A stretch of 63,989 nucleotides of DNA, the filler included, from Choristocarpus tenellus KU-1152 (Eukaryota; Protista; Phaeophyceae): the NCBI GenBank assembly GCA_964200185.2. It is 12 parts of 12 records of this genome, joined end to end, with 100 filler letters (N's around TTAATTAATTAA, not from the genome) between each part and the next. Parts side by side here need not be neighbours in the genome. Positions count along the whole stretch, not along the records: positions 43,900 to 47,856 come from CAXNAD020016941.1; positions 47,957 to 52,461 come from CAXNAD020014249.1; positions 52,562 to 57,823 come from CAXNAD020011325.1; 9 more parts are not named here. One strand, 5' to 3'. Positions within the stretch are counted from its first letter, which is position 1; each line of letters starts with the position of its first letter. This document shows positions 44,400 to 57,088 of this stretch, piece after piece. A program made the translations under genes and the position numbers. The notes beneath the pieces are model-generated. The model was not told the DNA's origin, searched no databases, and saw only the letters and a list, made by a program, of their open reading frames with translations.

Positions 44400-47222
44400 T
44401 GGACACGAACACCTCCACCCTCCTGCTCCGTTCAAGGTCGCCTCCACCACGTTATGCCTCTCTGCGCTGTAGGAGACGACGGTGTCCCCAGCATTCATGT
44501 ACCTATCGTAGGAGGGCAGTTCGTAAATTAGCCCTAACGTGGTATATTGTATTACGCACGGATTCATCATGTCGCAATGTATGAGTAACGTTCCGATACA
44601 GGGCAACACACTCTTGGTGCGTTTTGACGCTTAACGTACCGATTCGGAAACAAACTCGTGGGATGGATTGACGCCCCTGAACCGTCACCCAGCACGGATA
44701 GTTACTGTTTAACGATCTCCTACACCTACAAAAAAACACCTAAAAAAAAAATCGCTGCTTCTGTGAAGAAGGATGTGTGTGAGGTTATTAACGAACCTCT
44801 TAACGAGGAAGTGGAGGGCCCTCATGGGGATGTCCGTTGCAGCACCTTCGTACTCGACGTCCAACATGGTTTGGAGTACCGGAGGAGATGCATCACGCCA
44901 GTGGCCAAAGATGTCGTCGACGGTGACTCGCTTATTGCATGTGAACATTGTCCCATCATTGTGCGCGAGAATAATAATGTCCTGACAACATCTGAGATGG
45001 TTATCTATGCCAACTTGAGGGCACCCCCCCCCCTCGTCTTGTATATTAGGGTTAGGGGATGATCCTCCACAATCAAGCCCACCTTCGACGCCATAAGAGC
45101 CTCTGAATGAAGAGAAGGCGGGAGCGAGCGCATGAGTTCGGCATGCGTCAGACTTGACCGTGGCATCACACAAGTAGATATCGTAGGGATTCATGAAATC
45201 TCATACCACTAACATTGTGATAGTACAATGAGTGTGGAACGCAAGGCAAATAACCAATGCAAAAAATGCAAACAATAGGAAATTAAGTAATAATAGAAGT
45301 AAATATGGCAATAAAAATGTAGTGAAGACGAGTAACACCAGCATGCAATTCACGGACAATGAAACAAAGAACTACGAAGGACCCGGGGGAAAGAGCAAGA
45401 GACACAAAAGGAAGTAAAAGGTACGAAGGACATGAAACAACATGGGGAAAGTGAAAAAGGAATACACACGAACTAATCCGCATCTCCTGAACGGTCGCAC
45501 AATATTCGATCGGCACACGGACGCAATGATAACGGCCATGGCGGATCGCATCAGTCTCCTGCAATATACCCCGTATTTCAGCACTTGCGAACTCTGAAAC
45601 TCACCGCCTAGGGGGTGTAATTGCGCCATCCACGGGTGGGGCACAATGAGCGCGATGGTGCCCTGAGGATGTATCTTCAGTCGCAAGCACTTAAGCACCT
45701 CGCACAAGTGTGTGTTGGTCGCCTCTTCGTCGTTGACCTTGGCTCGGCGGCAATGGAGACTATGGCGAGCTTTGGCGCATTGCGGAAGGCGAAATCTTTC
45801 AGGTCGTCTAAGGGTACCGTAGGGTCAAGAGGGTGAAGGTCGTGTAGTGCAGTGTTCTCACTCCTGCTTGGACATCATGACACACGACACAGTAGACAGA
45901 CAGTACGACAAGAAGGACAGCGTAGTAAGCTACGGTGCAGGAAATCTTTTCATTAAGTTAGGTCCTGACAATATTTCCATGGCATCTCCAAAATGTCAGG
46001 CTGTACCCTCCACAACGCCAGACTCATAAGATACATCTCGTGGAAGGAGGGTAGACGTCAATACACTGTTCCATGGCCCATGGAAACCTCATAAAAAACG
46101 ACACATCCAAGGCACAAAGGACGAGCAATCCACATGATGTACAAGCAGCCAAGACCTATGTGCAAACCACGCGAAAACAAACACGCAGAGACGACTTGTG
46201 TGTCTGTAAATTGTGCAACCACGCCGAGACCCACATGCACTTCTCCATGTCGGCTGTTTTGCTGCATGAGGGGGAACGTAAAAGGCTTTGCGCCGTGGGT
46301 GACCCGACCGCGCTCCTTGCGTGATCCTTACCCTTGCCCTTGCCCCAGTCCCTACCCCTGCCCCGACCCGCCGCTTCGTTCCCCACCGATCCAGACCCTT
46401 CACTGCCCTCCTGTGCCATGGGGCATTTGACACATAATCGATCCTTGTGCCTCTCGTCGTCTATAATCTCCGCGTAGGCACACTCGCCCATATGCATGAT
46501 GAAGCACTTTGGGCATGAATACCTGTGACGTGTGTCATCGAATCAGAGCGTTAAACAGACAGGATATTGTTTTCAAGATCATTAATTGGGCGCAACAACG
46601 TAATGCGGGGATCCACGGTTACAAAGGACCACGAAATTGGCCGCGCAAAACAGCACGAAGTAGTACAGGTGAGATACAACAGTCGGTGATGTACATGCAT
46701 TAACAAACAATCGGACAGTGGCAAATAAAGAGACGTGGGGGTAGCGACCGCAGCGCCGCACATAGAGGGACCCCGCAACATACCATCGATTCAATGGCGT
46801 GCACCGCTGAAAAGATACAACGTATCTATCCGTTCGGGGGATTGGATGGAAACCAATCTTACGCTATTAATTACACTCCGCCCTCGTGTGCACCGTTACA
46901 ACTACATTACTCACCGAGACGTAGGTGGAGGATTGCATTCAGTACAGCAAACGCCCGCGTTCCACCCTCCATGGCCGTTTTGTTCTTCTTCCGCACCAGG
47001 AACACTGCCGACAGAACCCCCTTCGCCCGTATCCTCCCTGTCTGGCAGTCCGTTCCCTCCCTCGTCTTCGTCCCCTCCTTTGTGTTCGTCCCCTCCCTCG
47101 TCTCCATCCCCTCCTTGGTGTTCGCGCCCCCCCTCGTCTTCTTTCTCACGGTCATCTGATGCTGATCCATTCTTGCTCTCAACTTTTGCGCCGCCGCTAT
47201 CACAGCCCCGCCCACTGTGAAC
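44400..47222 (-). mobile_element. Degenerate intron-containing Cys/His zinc-finger gene, probable DNA-transposon remnant (hAT-like?)
   Basis: Exon 47222-46915 splices to 46522 and gives CCTEC..RYSCPKC..HMGEC..LCVKC. Downstream frames are broken by stops and frameshifts, with weak BED/hAT-like stretches. CpG-rich. Confidence 0.4.
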
Positions 47223-47369
47223 CTGGTGGAGGTTGACCTGGTTGAGTACATCCTGGTATTTACCTTCCCAGGTGGTGAGGTAAGCGCGTAGAGCCGAGTC
47301 CTTCTCGACAATCTAGTAGTGGAGACGGCGGAGGACGTCGTTGAGGAGAGGAGGGGACGATGGTGACGT

Positions 47370-47627
47370 GAGCCAAAGTATCTTAGAGGGTAGATCCGCG
47401 TCCATTTGGGGGCCAAAATCCAGTGTTGCGATTTCACTGTAATTTTGGCTATCGTGTTTGTTAGGAAGTGTCAACATCCTTATTCCAAACACCCCTTTTC
47501 ATAACGTACACATTTAACCTACTCCGAACCATTTTGGAGTAGGACAATGTCATAAAACCCCCGAGGGAAGCCAAGCCCCAAATGGACAAATAGAACAAAA
47601 CTCGTACCCTCTAAGATACTTTCACTC
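47370..47627 (+). mobile_element. MITE family A copy
   Basis: TIRs GAGCCAAAGTATCTTAGAGGGTA / TACCCTCTAAGATACTTTCACTC and a 4-bp TSD ACGT. Confidence 0.95.
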
Positions 47628-47814
47628 ACGTCAAAAATGGGAGAATGTAATGGAAGTACGATAGCATGTCAATCGGGCAGAGCAAACAATATGGTTGACG
47701 TGAAAAACGTGTTTAATGGAGGTGACTTGCGGGGCGAAATAGTTTGAAATGAGTCAATATCGAGGACGCCAATCAGTCTGTAGTTTTTTTCAGTGACGCG
47801 TGTTGGAGGCAGAA

Positions 47815-47856
47815 GAGCCAAAGTATCTTAGAGGGTAGAACCTCGTCCAATTGGGG
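47815..47856 (+). mobile_element. MITE family A 5' end at contig break (similar starts at ~33493, ~61114, 63899)
   Basis: GAGCCAAAGTATCTTAGAGGGTAG runs into the linker. Confidence 0.8.
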
Positions 47857-47956
47857 NNNNNNNNNNNNNNNNNNNNNNNNNNNNNNNNNNNNNNNNNNNN
47901 TTAATTAATTAANNNNNNNNNNNNNNNNNNNNNNNNNNNNNNNNNNNNNNNNNNNN

Positions 47957-50429
47957 CACCCCCGACCATCCATGGTGCATCATGCCCTCCCCTCCCTCCT
48001 CCAAGGCCCGCTATATCCAATCCAGTTTCGTCCTCACAACTCAGGGGGAACTCCATGTAAGGGTCATCAGTCTGCTTGAGGTCCCCCGACCAGATCCACT
48101 TGCTAAGCATTGATAAGTACGGGGATGCAGCGCTGCGCAGAAGGCACAGCACTGCCCAGCGGTACCATTCCCAGGCCCCAGCACCTGTTTTTCCATCCTC
48201 AAGAGTAAAGGGACTCAAGATGCTCGAAGCTGTCACCTCCTGAGCCACAGCTTCCCTAAACAGATAGCTCAACAAAGCGGCCCCACAAGGGAAGGATTTG
48301 CAAGCACCCTCTACACCCCCTGCCGTAGCACCAAGATCCTCTGCTGTAACGCCACACAGCTCGGCAAGGGCCCTAGCAACCTGCCTCAAAAGCCGAGTGC
48401 GGACAAGGAGGTTGGGGAGTGTGAGGGAGCCTGGGTCAACGGTATTTCTCTTGTGACCACCGCAACCATCACTACCATCCTCACCTACATCATCTCCCAT
48501 CTGGGCAGCAACAGTCAGCAACCTTCCCTGAAGCAGCGCAATCTGCCGTCGAAGCTCAGACCCAAAAGCCCCTGAAACCTTCCCTACCACAGTTGGATTT
48601 GCAACAAGGAAGTTCGAGAAGGCCTCCACCCTGTGGAACCAGGTCCCAGCCTCAGCAAACTCAGTCAGGGCAGAGGCCAGGGCCCCTGGCGAGAGACCAG
48701 CGACACGGAGGTCAGTCCCCACCCCCAATCCAATGCCTATGGGTAACACTGCAGCACGCCCCTCATGGAAAATAAAAGAGTCAGATGGCATGCCCTGGAT
48801 AGCTGCAAGTGCCCGCCGAGCAACAACGTCCATGGTCACTGTTGGTGCTCCTGCAGTGCCTGTGGTCTCACTGTAGTGCTCTCGAAAGCACGCTTCAAAC
48901 GCAGCAGGTCCCTCGCAGGTTACCAGTGGGGAGGGAGCCAGGGCCCACCTTGGCAGTGCTGAGTGATCCCGCAATGCCTCTGCCCTCTCCCAGCCTGTTG
49001 GCAATAGCTGAATGGCTGCTGCGTCCTCAACCACTTCTGCATCTTCCATTTTACTGTTATTTTTTGTTGGGTGGAATGCCCTACATTCAGGAAGGCATGT
49101 TTGACCAGAAGTTGTATTCGGACCTAGCAGCAAGGGTGTACCAAAGCGATCAATGGCATTTACTGACGAATCACTCGTCAGGTTGAGGAAATTGACCGGT
49201 GTGCTCCCAATATTGGGGATGGAGAGTTTCACCCGCAGCTCACGGTAGCTGTCAGAAGATTCATCAATCCAGCCCTGGCGTAAGGCCCCACAGAAAGCCA
49301 CGCTGAAGTCAGGACCGCCAGTGGGGTCACTGCTGGAGGCAGGGTCGGAGGAAGCAGAGTGCAACACTGAAGGGGGAGAAATGTTCCCAAAGGGTTGAGT
49401 CCACGAGTCAAGGGAAAGTGGGGCAGCCATGGCAGCCATCTGCTGCCTTAATTCCGGGGGGGCGTCTTGCCTTGTCAGGGAGGAAAATCTTTTCTCCAGT
49501 AAACAGTCGGTGTTAGAGAACCACGCAACTTGCTCTCGTCGGGAAGAGTCGAAGCCCCCACCTACGGTAGGACTGTTTCCAAAAACGTCGCAGTCTTTCG
49601 GAAGTACAGAGTTCTTTGTGGAGGCTCCACCCTTTAGCTGTGAGAGGTCACACTCATTCACATTCGAGAATCGATGAGAATCTTCATTGCTCCACTGCCA
49701 TAAATTGTTTCCAAACCTATTTCCACCCCATGTCAAACATGCATTGTCAACAACATCCATGGCCCCGTTCACAGCTTCTCTTTCTCCCCTCCCTTGCCTG
49801 TCCTTCCCTTTCCAGCGTATGGCTTGCAGCACGCCCTGGCCATGTCTCCCGATAAGTCGATGGTCATCTACCTCATTGTCCAATCCAGACCCTGATAGAC
49901 GGAGAAGGAGCATCAGCATTCGCGCTGAAGTACGGCACAAGTCGTTGTTAGTTCTATCGTCGGGAAGGAGGTATTCGACCAGGCCCTCCAATGCATTGGC
50001 TGTGTCAAATCGTCTCGATTGACGCAGCTCAAAGGCAACGCCTGCGACTGAGCCCAAGACGAAGCACGTCTCGTCATCCCTGCCAACCCCACACTCAGTA
50101 AATGAATTTGGAAGAAGAGGTCCCCCAGATTCCAACTCTGCCTCCTCTAAAAGCTCCGCCTGGCTCGGGCCACCAAAGATTAATATGTTGTAAACACGAC
50201 TGAGACGTTTGATCTGGAAACGAGATGCTCCAGCCAGAGCCCTAACGTCCTCTCGTCCTGATGCACGGGGTGACAAGTGTCCCCGCACCCCCACATCACG
50301 CACACGATTTTCATTGGAATATAGAGAGATAGAAAGAAGTGAAAGGAGGCAAGGCACGCTCCCCTCTTTATCCTGCGAGGTCCAAGAAAGGTGAGTTTCG
50401 AGTTGTCTCCTGTCGATGTTGAAAGTCAT
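47957..50429 (-). CDS. TUBGCP6: Gamma-tubulin complex component 6 (Spc97/Spc98 family, GRIP1 domain), 3' end truncated
   Basis: Open frame of more than 820 codons containing SPGALASALTEFAEAGTWFHRV, GKVSGAFGSELRRQI, ALAELCGV, FPCGAALLSYLFREA and LLRSAASPYLSMLSKWIWSG..DPYMEF, colinear with GCP6 motifs. Confidence 0.85.
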
Positions 50430-50899
50430 GTTCTGAGCCAGGATAGGGGAGGGAGCGACAAATACAGCCCCCCTCCCCCCTCCTCCTGATCATAGAGAGG
50501 GTGACCTGGGTGTCTCTACCTTCCAGAACTGTTCCAGGACACTGCCCTCAGGAATCCTTGTAGGACATTGGACAAATTCAAAATGAGGAAATCTTTACGT
50601 ATTTTAGAGTAAAGGCTTAGTTAGAAGGGGTATGTTGATATGGCTCGTTATTGCGATTTAGCCTTACCTACATGATTACGCGAGTTCGAATCTCATCGAC
50701 TTCGAACCTCCATAATTAAGAATTTGGTTTTCATATCAAACCCTCAATTGCATTGGGCAAGCTCGTCCGAATCTACAACTTGAAGTCCGACAAATGTTCC
50801 ACATCTGTAGTTACACAACGAAAACGCCATACCAAAATCAAAGTGTAAACAAGCTTCAAGGACGGAAAGGGCGAACGGGGGGGGGGGAAAGGCAAAAAA

Positions 50900-52142
50900 C
50901 CCACCTAGGAAAAAAAACGCTAAGGAGTGGGAGTACTGAACTCTATAGGTGAGAGAGGAGGGAGGCGGGAAAGAAGGCCGTACAAATATTCGTCGTGCAA
51001 CAGAAGAGTGTTAGTGGGGGTTCACCGGATCCACCAGAAGATTAAAACAACAGGAAAAAATAAGGACGAGAAGTAGGAGTACTGAACTGTGAAGTACTGA
51101 ACTCTATCACTGAGAGAAGGGGACGGGAAAAGAGGCAGTACAATTATTCTTCGGGCAAAAAAAACAGTTAGTGGGGGAGGTACCAGGTCCATCAGAGAAG
51201 ATTGTAAGAATAGGCAAAAACCTAACGAGAAGTGGGAGTACTGAAGTCTAACAGTGGCAGAAGGTAGGCGGGGAAGGAAGCCCTACAATTCTTCGTCGTG
51301 AAACAAAACACCTAGTGGGAGGGAGTCCACCAGGTCTACCAGAAGATTACACGAATAGGCAAAATACCGTCGTGCACTGGAGTACTAAACTCTCTATCAG
51401 TAAGGAGGGAAGGGGGACGGGAAAGGGAAGAGTACAATAACTCGTCAGGGGTTCACCAGGTCCACCAGAAGACTAGAAGAGCTGGGGGGAAAGTCTGGAC
51501 GAGAAATAGGAATACCGAACTGGAGTACTAAATTCTGTCAGAAAAAGAAGGAGGATGGGAAAGGAGGCAGCACAATTATTCTTCGTGCAACAAAAACAGT
51601 TAGTGGGGGGACACCAGGTCCACCAGAGAAGATTGTAAGAATAGGCAAAAAACCCGACGAGAAGTGGGAGTACTGAAGTCTATCAGTGACAGAAGGTAGG
51701 CGGGGAAGGTCCTACAATTATTCGCCGTTCAATAAAACGCCTAGTGGTGTTCCACCAAGTCTACCAAAGGATTATACGAATAGGCAAAATATTGTCGTGC
51801 AGTGGGAGTGCTAAACTCTCCATCAGTGAGAGAAGGGGGGCAAGAAGGGAGGGAGTAAAATTATTCGTCATGCAACAAAACAGCTAGAAGGAGTCCACCA
51901 GGTCCACCAGGTCCACCAGAGGATTGCAAGAAAAGGCAAAGAACCCAACGAGAAGTAAGAGTACTAAACTCTATCAGTGAGAGAAGGGGGGCGGGAATGT
52001 AGGAAGTACATTTATTCGTCGTGCAACAAAATAGTTAGTGGGGGTCCACCAGATCCACCAGAAGATTATACAAATAGGCGAAACCCGCTGAGAAGTGGCA
52101 TTACTGAACTTTATCAGTGAGAAAAGGAGGACGGGAAAGAAG
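50900..52142. repeat. Diverged ~140-150-bp tandem array (about 9 units) with a 3-unit higher-order period of ~432 bp
   Basis: GAGTACT-type anchors at ~50931, 51077, 51236, 51380, 51523, 51668, 51806, 51959 and 52099. The unit at 51236 is closest to the one at 51668. Confidence 0.88.
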
Positions 52143-52145
52143 GTG

Positions 52146-52461
52146 TGTTATAGGTGCCCCTCAATGCTCACCTTTCCAGGATGTACAACTCAAATCCAAC
52201 AGCCTCAAAACGACGCTACAAGGGGGGTCCACAGATGATAACCACGTATGGTGTCAGCTTGATGTTTAGCTCAGTCAATGTCTTGCTTTTCGCTTTATCG
52301 AAAGAGGTACATCAAAAAGAACTGAGAGCGTGGTAGTCTTCATCAGCCTTCTATTAGCATTATCCACAGTTTTCTACAGCCAAAGAGTTAAATGAAGTCT
52401 GCAAACTGCTAAGTGGATACGTTAATCATGAATCTTTACTTTGTAACTTCCAGAAAATGAA
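52146..52461 (+). mobile_element. Dispersed repeat, possible LTR 5' end
   Basis: Starts TGTTATAGGTGCCCCTCAATGCTCACC, shared with 30804. Confidence 0.5.
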
Positions 52462-52777
52462 NNNNNNNNNNNNNNNNNNNNNNNNNNNNNNNNNNNNNNN
52501 NNNNNTTAATTAATTAANNNNNNNNNNNNNNNNNNNNNNNNNNNNNNNNNNNNNNNNNNNNGGTTTGGGGTGTGTGTGCGTGGGGGGAGGGGGGAGGGAG
52601 GGGGGTTAATGCTTGGCTCTTGCAATTTTTGTTTGTGTGTCTTACCTTTTATTTGTAGAAACATTTTTTATTTTTATTAGAAAAATAATAAAATATACTC
52701 CGATGGGCTGTAGCATATTTCTCTCCCAATTCAATGCATACAAATAAATAAATGGTTCTATAGCATTGACTCTTGTC

Positions 52778-52811
<34 letters not shown>

Positions 52812-52965
52812 CAATGCACAACACACACAACACATACACAACACATACCCAACACACACACACGCACACGAACACTTTTGTATATATCTCTCTCTCTATA
52901 TATACTATGCATATAATTGAAGTAATACTTACATATGATATATATATATATATGTATATTTGTAG

Positions 52966-55900
52966 TGACAGCGATGGCGGCGAGGGTACCGAGGGGATGA
53001 GTGCACACGGAGTTTTCGGTGGAAGAGGCGGTATCAATGACGGCCTGGAAAGCGTCGCCTCGCTTTCTATCTCTATGGCAGGGGTGGGACCTCCTCCGGC
53101 TGGTTCCGAGAGCCTGATTCAAGCGGTTCTGCTGGAGATCCTGGTGATACTGGTCCACAGTGGGGACAAGCAGGCGGACCGGTCGGTGGTTCATGAGGTG
53201 TGGGAGCTCCTACATGAGCTGGAGGCGATGCGTCGACTGTTGTCGAATATGAGGTCTCCTTGTTTGCCGTTGGCGAAGGCGTCTATGCAGCTACTGACAA
53301 AGATGCATAACAGTCAACGGTTCAGCATCGGTCCGCGATCGGTACTTCAGGTGAGGGGGAGGGGGAGGGGGAGGGGGAGGGGAGTTGGTTTTTCTTGGTA
53401 GGGTGTATGGGGGGTTGTTGTGAGGTGTGAGGTATGGGTGATTGAAATAAGAAAAATAATTGGAAAAGGTATGGAAATGGCTTGTTGACGTTGAGAGTTT
53501 GAGGTTTAGGGTTAGGGTTAGACTTAAATTTGTGTGTGTCTTGTGTCTTGTGTCTTGTCTCTTGTGTCTTGTGTGCTTGGGTTGAATATTGTGAGAGATA
53601 GGGACGTTATTGTGGTGGGTGGGTTGGTTGGAATGTGTTTTGGATTCTAATGGATTTGGGTTGAAGTTGTGTGGGGTGATTTTAAGTTGAATTTGTGAAG
53701 TTTTTGATTGGATACACCAGTAGGGTACGGGGTGACTAGCTTATTTTGAAGTTAGGGTTGGTTTTATTATTGAATGCGATTTGTTTATTTTTTTAATGTA
53801 GTTTGTAGTATATTTTATTTGTTTTCATTTTGTGTTTTAATTGATTGAAATGTGCAAGAAGGAACATAGAATGAAGGTTCCACTTTGTACTGATGTCTTT
53901 AAAAAAAAATAAAAATGAAATAGTTATTTAATCTTTTTTTATGAAACTCCTACCTTCACTCCTTGCCCTTACCTAGGTACCACTACAGCTCAATAAACAC
54001 AATAATACTGTGAAATAGTAATAATAATAATAATAATATTGATTACAGAGATAGTTTAAAGTGTTTTCCCAAAAATACCCTGAAGTGACCAAGTGTCATT
54101 AAAATCCATTCTTTACTATCCCCTTGTCATTAAGGTTACACACATTGTAAATTACACATACTTATCCCCCCCCCCCACACACACACCCCCACACCCACCC
54201 ACACCCACGCTCACACTCACACCCACTTCCTTTTAACCCTCTCATGTGGGGATGTTGTGACTCTTGGAAACATGTAAATAATAATAATAATAATAATGTA
54301 GGACACGGCCAGAGATTCTGGGGCACTCCTGTGGGTGATGTATTTGGCGATGGACTCAAGGGAGCCGGACATGGCCCGTGTGGCAAGTCAACTGTGCCGT
54401 GCTCTAACAGATGGAGATCAGCGTAGCCTTGGTGTGGTCCAACGCTCTTTCCCCCCTGGTCTACTGGCTCCGTCTCCCAGTGATCAGGTGCATCTAATTT
54501 GGTGTATGTCTGTTTGTCTATATTCTACTAGCTACGTGTATGTATGGTGTGTGTGGGTGTTATGTTTGTATGTTTGTGTATGTTTGTATCTGTGTTGTTG
54601 GTGTGTTACGCAAGGTAGATAGATGTGTTTGTTCTTTTTATTAATTTTTTTTATAGCACTAACTCACTCGCACAGGTAGAGCGATATTATTTTTAGTGTT
54701 TGCATTCATTAGAATTTTTTTTTTATAGTTGACATCAACCAACGCCAATAGGTTAGGTTGAATCTTATCGATTTTGCGTGTTTAAGTTAAGCTCTGACCG
54801 GTTTATTAATTTATTTATTTCCTCAACATTTTCCTAGGATCTTTTTCCTTGTGATCTCCTCCCATCTCATTCTTAATTTCTATTTTTTTTCTGTGATTTT
54901 TATTTTTATTTTCAGCAATATGACGAGAATGGTGCTGCTGTATGGGGAACCTCAAAGGAAGTTCTTGATGCACTGGAGTTGCATTCTAATTGGCGTGTTC
55001 TTGAGTCAGAGGTTAGGGACTGTGAAGTTGTCTGGAGTCCTGTCCTCCGTGATGCGCTGGGTTTGTTGCTGCTTGAACAACTGCAGGTAAATAAAGGGTT
55101 AGGGTTGTCACGGGGGAAGTTGTGGTGGTAGGGTTAGGGTTTGAATATGTGAGGTTTGAATATGTGAGGGGAGAAAATAGGCGCAGGTGGGGGAGGGAGG
55201 TTGTGATCATTTTGCCCTAGAAGTGAAATGCTTGTTGCTACTGTTGTAATTATTATTATCATTGTTATTATGTTTTTTTTGTAGACTATGTGTGTGTATA
55301 TGTGTGTGTGTGTGTATATGTATGTATGTGTGTATATATGTGTATGTATGTGTATGTGTGTATGTATGTATGTGTGTGTGTTTGTTTTGTTTCATGTAGC
55401 TGTATCTGATCCGTAATTCTTGTTTTGTAGCAAGCTGTATTAGTGATTTGAAAATTGTTTGTTTTGGTAGAGGTGAGGGGTATGCCATGTGCTGACAGTG
55501 AACTGAAATTGAAACATATATATATATATATATATATATTAGTTTTTATTTATCATGTAGTTCATTGGATTACGTGATTATAGAGTGTTGGTACAAAAAA
55601 CCTATTCTTGTATCATTATTGTATAGTTTGTTCATTTTAAAATAAACCTCCCCAGAATGAAGTTCAAATTGCACACATGTATCTAATATATATATATGCT
55701 TATAAATTTCAATGCATATTGTATGTATATAAGTATTATGTATATATGTACGTGTGTGAAGGTATGTATGTATGTATGTATGTATAACCCTTTTGCATAA
55801 TACAAAACTGAAGAGAATCCAAGTTATTTCTTGTGGACTCAAATTTAGCTCTCATACCGGACCCATGGCCCATAGCGCAGCCAAACCTGTAACCTCTGTT

Positions 55901-56093
55901 GATACCTGCTTCCTCCAAGAAATAACTGTTTCACCTCTACAGTACCCCCCTTTGTGTATTTTGTGTCAAGACTCAACTGAAACCTGTCCAACCGGGGAGG
56001 TTGCTCTCCCATCCATTCGGCAATCATCAATCATCAATCATCTCACGTCTATAGTGGTTGCATGCATGCTACGTAGGTTACTCCTGCGACCCC

Positions 56094-56131
<38 letters not shown>

Positions 56132-57088
56132 ACGATACTACTGATGATGTCGTTGTTGTCACCATGCTGCAGCGATTTGAAATACCTTTCTCGAGGTTGA
56201 CTGACGCCTTCCAAGTATAGGGGAAAAAAGGGTGTTTTGCTTCCTCCCTGTTGCTGTGTGCTAAGGAGTTGCGTTAACACAGCTCAGCTCCTGATGGAGT
56301 GCTCACTCAACCTGTCTTTTTTATTTTTTTTGGGGGTGTGGCTACTACCTCTACTGTGTGCTGTGATGAGGTAGGAGTTGGAGAGGGAGACCAGGCGTGG
56401 AGCTGCTAGGTGTAGGGGCAGTGCTGCTGTGGCGGAGACCCTGGCGTGGAATGATGCAGCCTGGGAGGTGCCCTGGCATAACATGGTTGGGGAGGTGAGA
56501 TGGATGTCTGTGGTGTAGATGATGGGATACAAGACAGCACTGTTATAAATTGTATTGATAGCGCTACGGGGCACTATGAAGCGTTGTAGAAAGTTGTGGT
56601 TTTCAAGGTTGAGGAGGCTTGATTTTGTTGGGGGGGGGTTTATTGTTGTTGTGAGATATAGTTGAAATGTGAGGTACTATAGTGTAGTACTGTCATGTAC
56701 TGTCATGAAGTTTTTATTTGTTTTTGTTATATGGAGTACAAAGTGTAAATTAATTGATTGTTTTGAGTATGTAGCAAAACCTGTTTTTGACTCCCTTCTC
56801 TCCCACTCTCTCCCTTCCCCTGTGTACACACATGCCTTCCATGATTTGTTCATTTTTGTTACCGTTTAAAAAAAAAAAAACTATTTTTTTTTTTTGCTAT
56901 TTTTTTTTTTGTCTTGTCTGTGATGGAACGGTCAGGTCAAGGTGGGTCGGTATTATCTGGAGCAGCTCATAGCGGCCCTGGACAGCTCCCACGACGGTTT
57001 CAAGGACCTGAGGAAGAGCTTGGAGGACCCTGCCACTCTGGAGAACTTCTTACAGCTGTGTCATCTTCGACTGCTACATGAGAGAGAT
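52966..57088 (+). CDS. Divergent RME-8/DNAJC13 (GRV2)-like protein, five internal exons
   Basis: Exons 52966-53350, 54302-54487, 54916-55086, 56375-56494 and 56936-57088 join in phase 0. Motifs GALLW, RSFPPGLL, VWSPVLRDAL, LAWNDAAWEVPW..VGE|VKVGRYYLEQL and EDP..FLQLCHLRLL parallel RME-8 (EGAL, RILPPGLL, IWN..TREEL, SWNH.EF.V.Y..L..E..VG.YYLRLL). Confidence 0.72.

Noticed and set aside
50617-50704. GCGAGTTCGAATCTC T-arm/B-box-like motif (similar at ~19677 and ~41195)
   Set aside because: No convincing D and anticodon arms could be folded.
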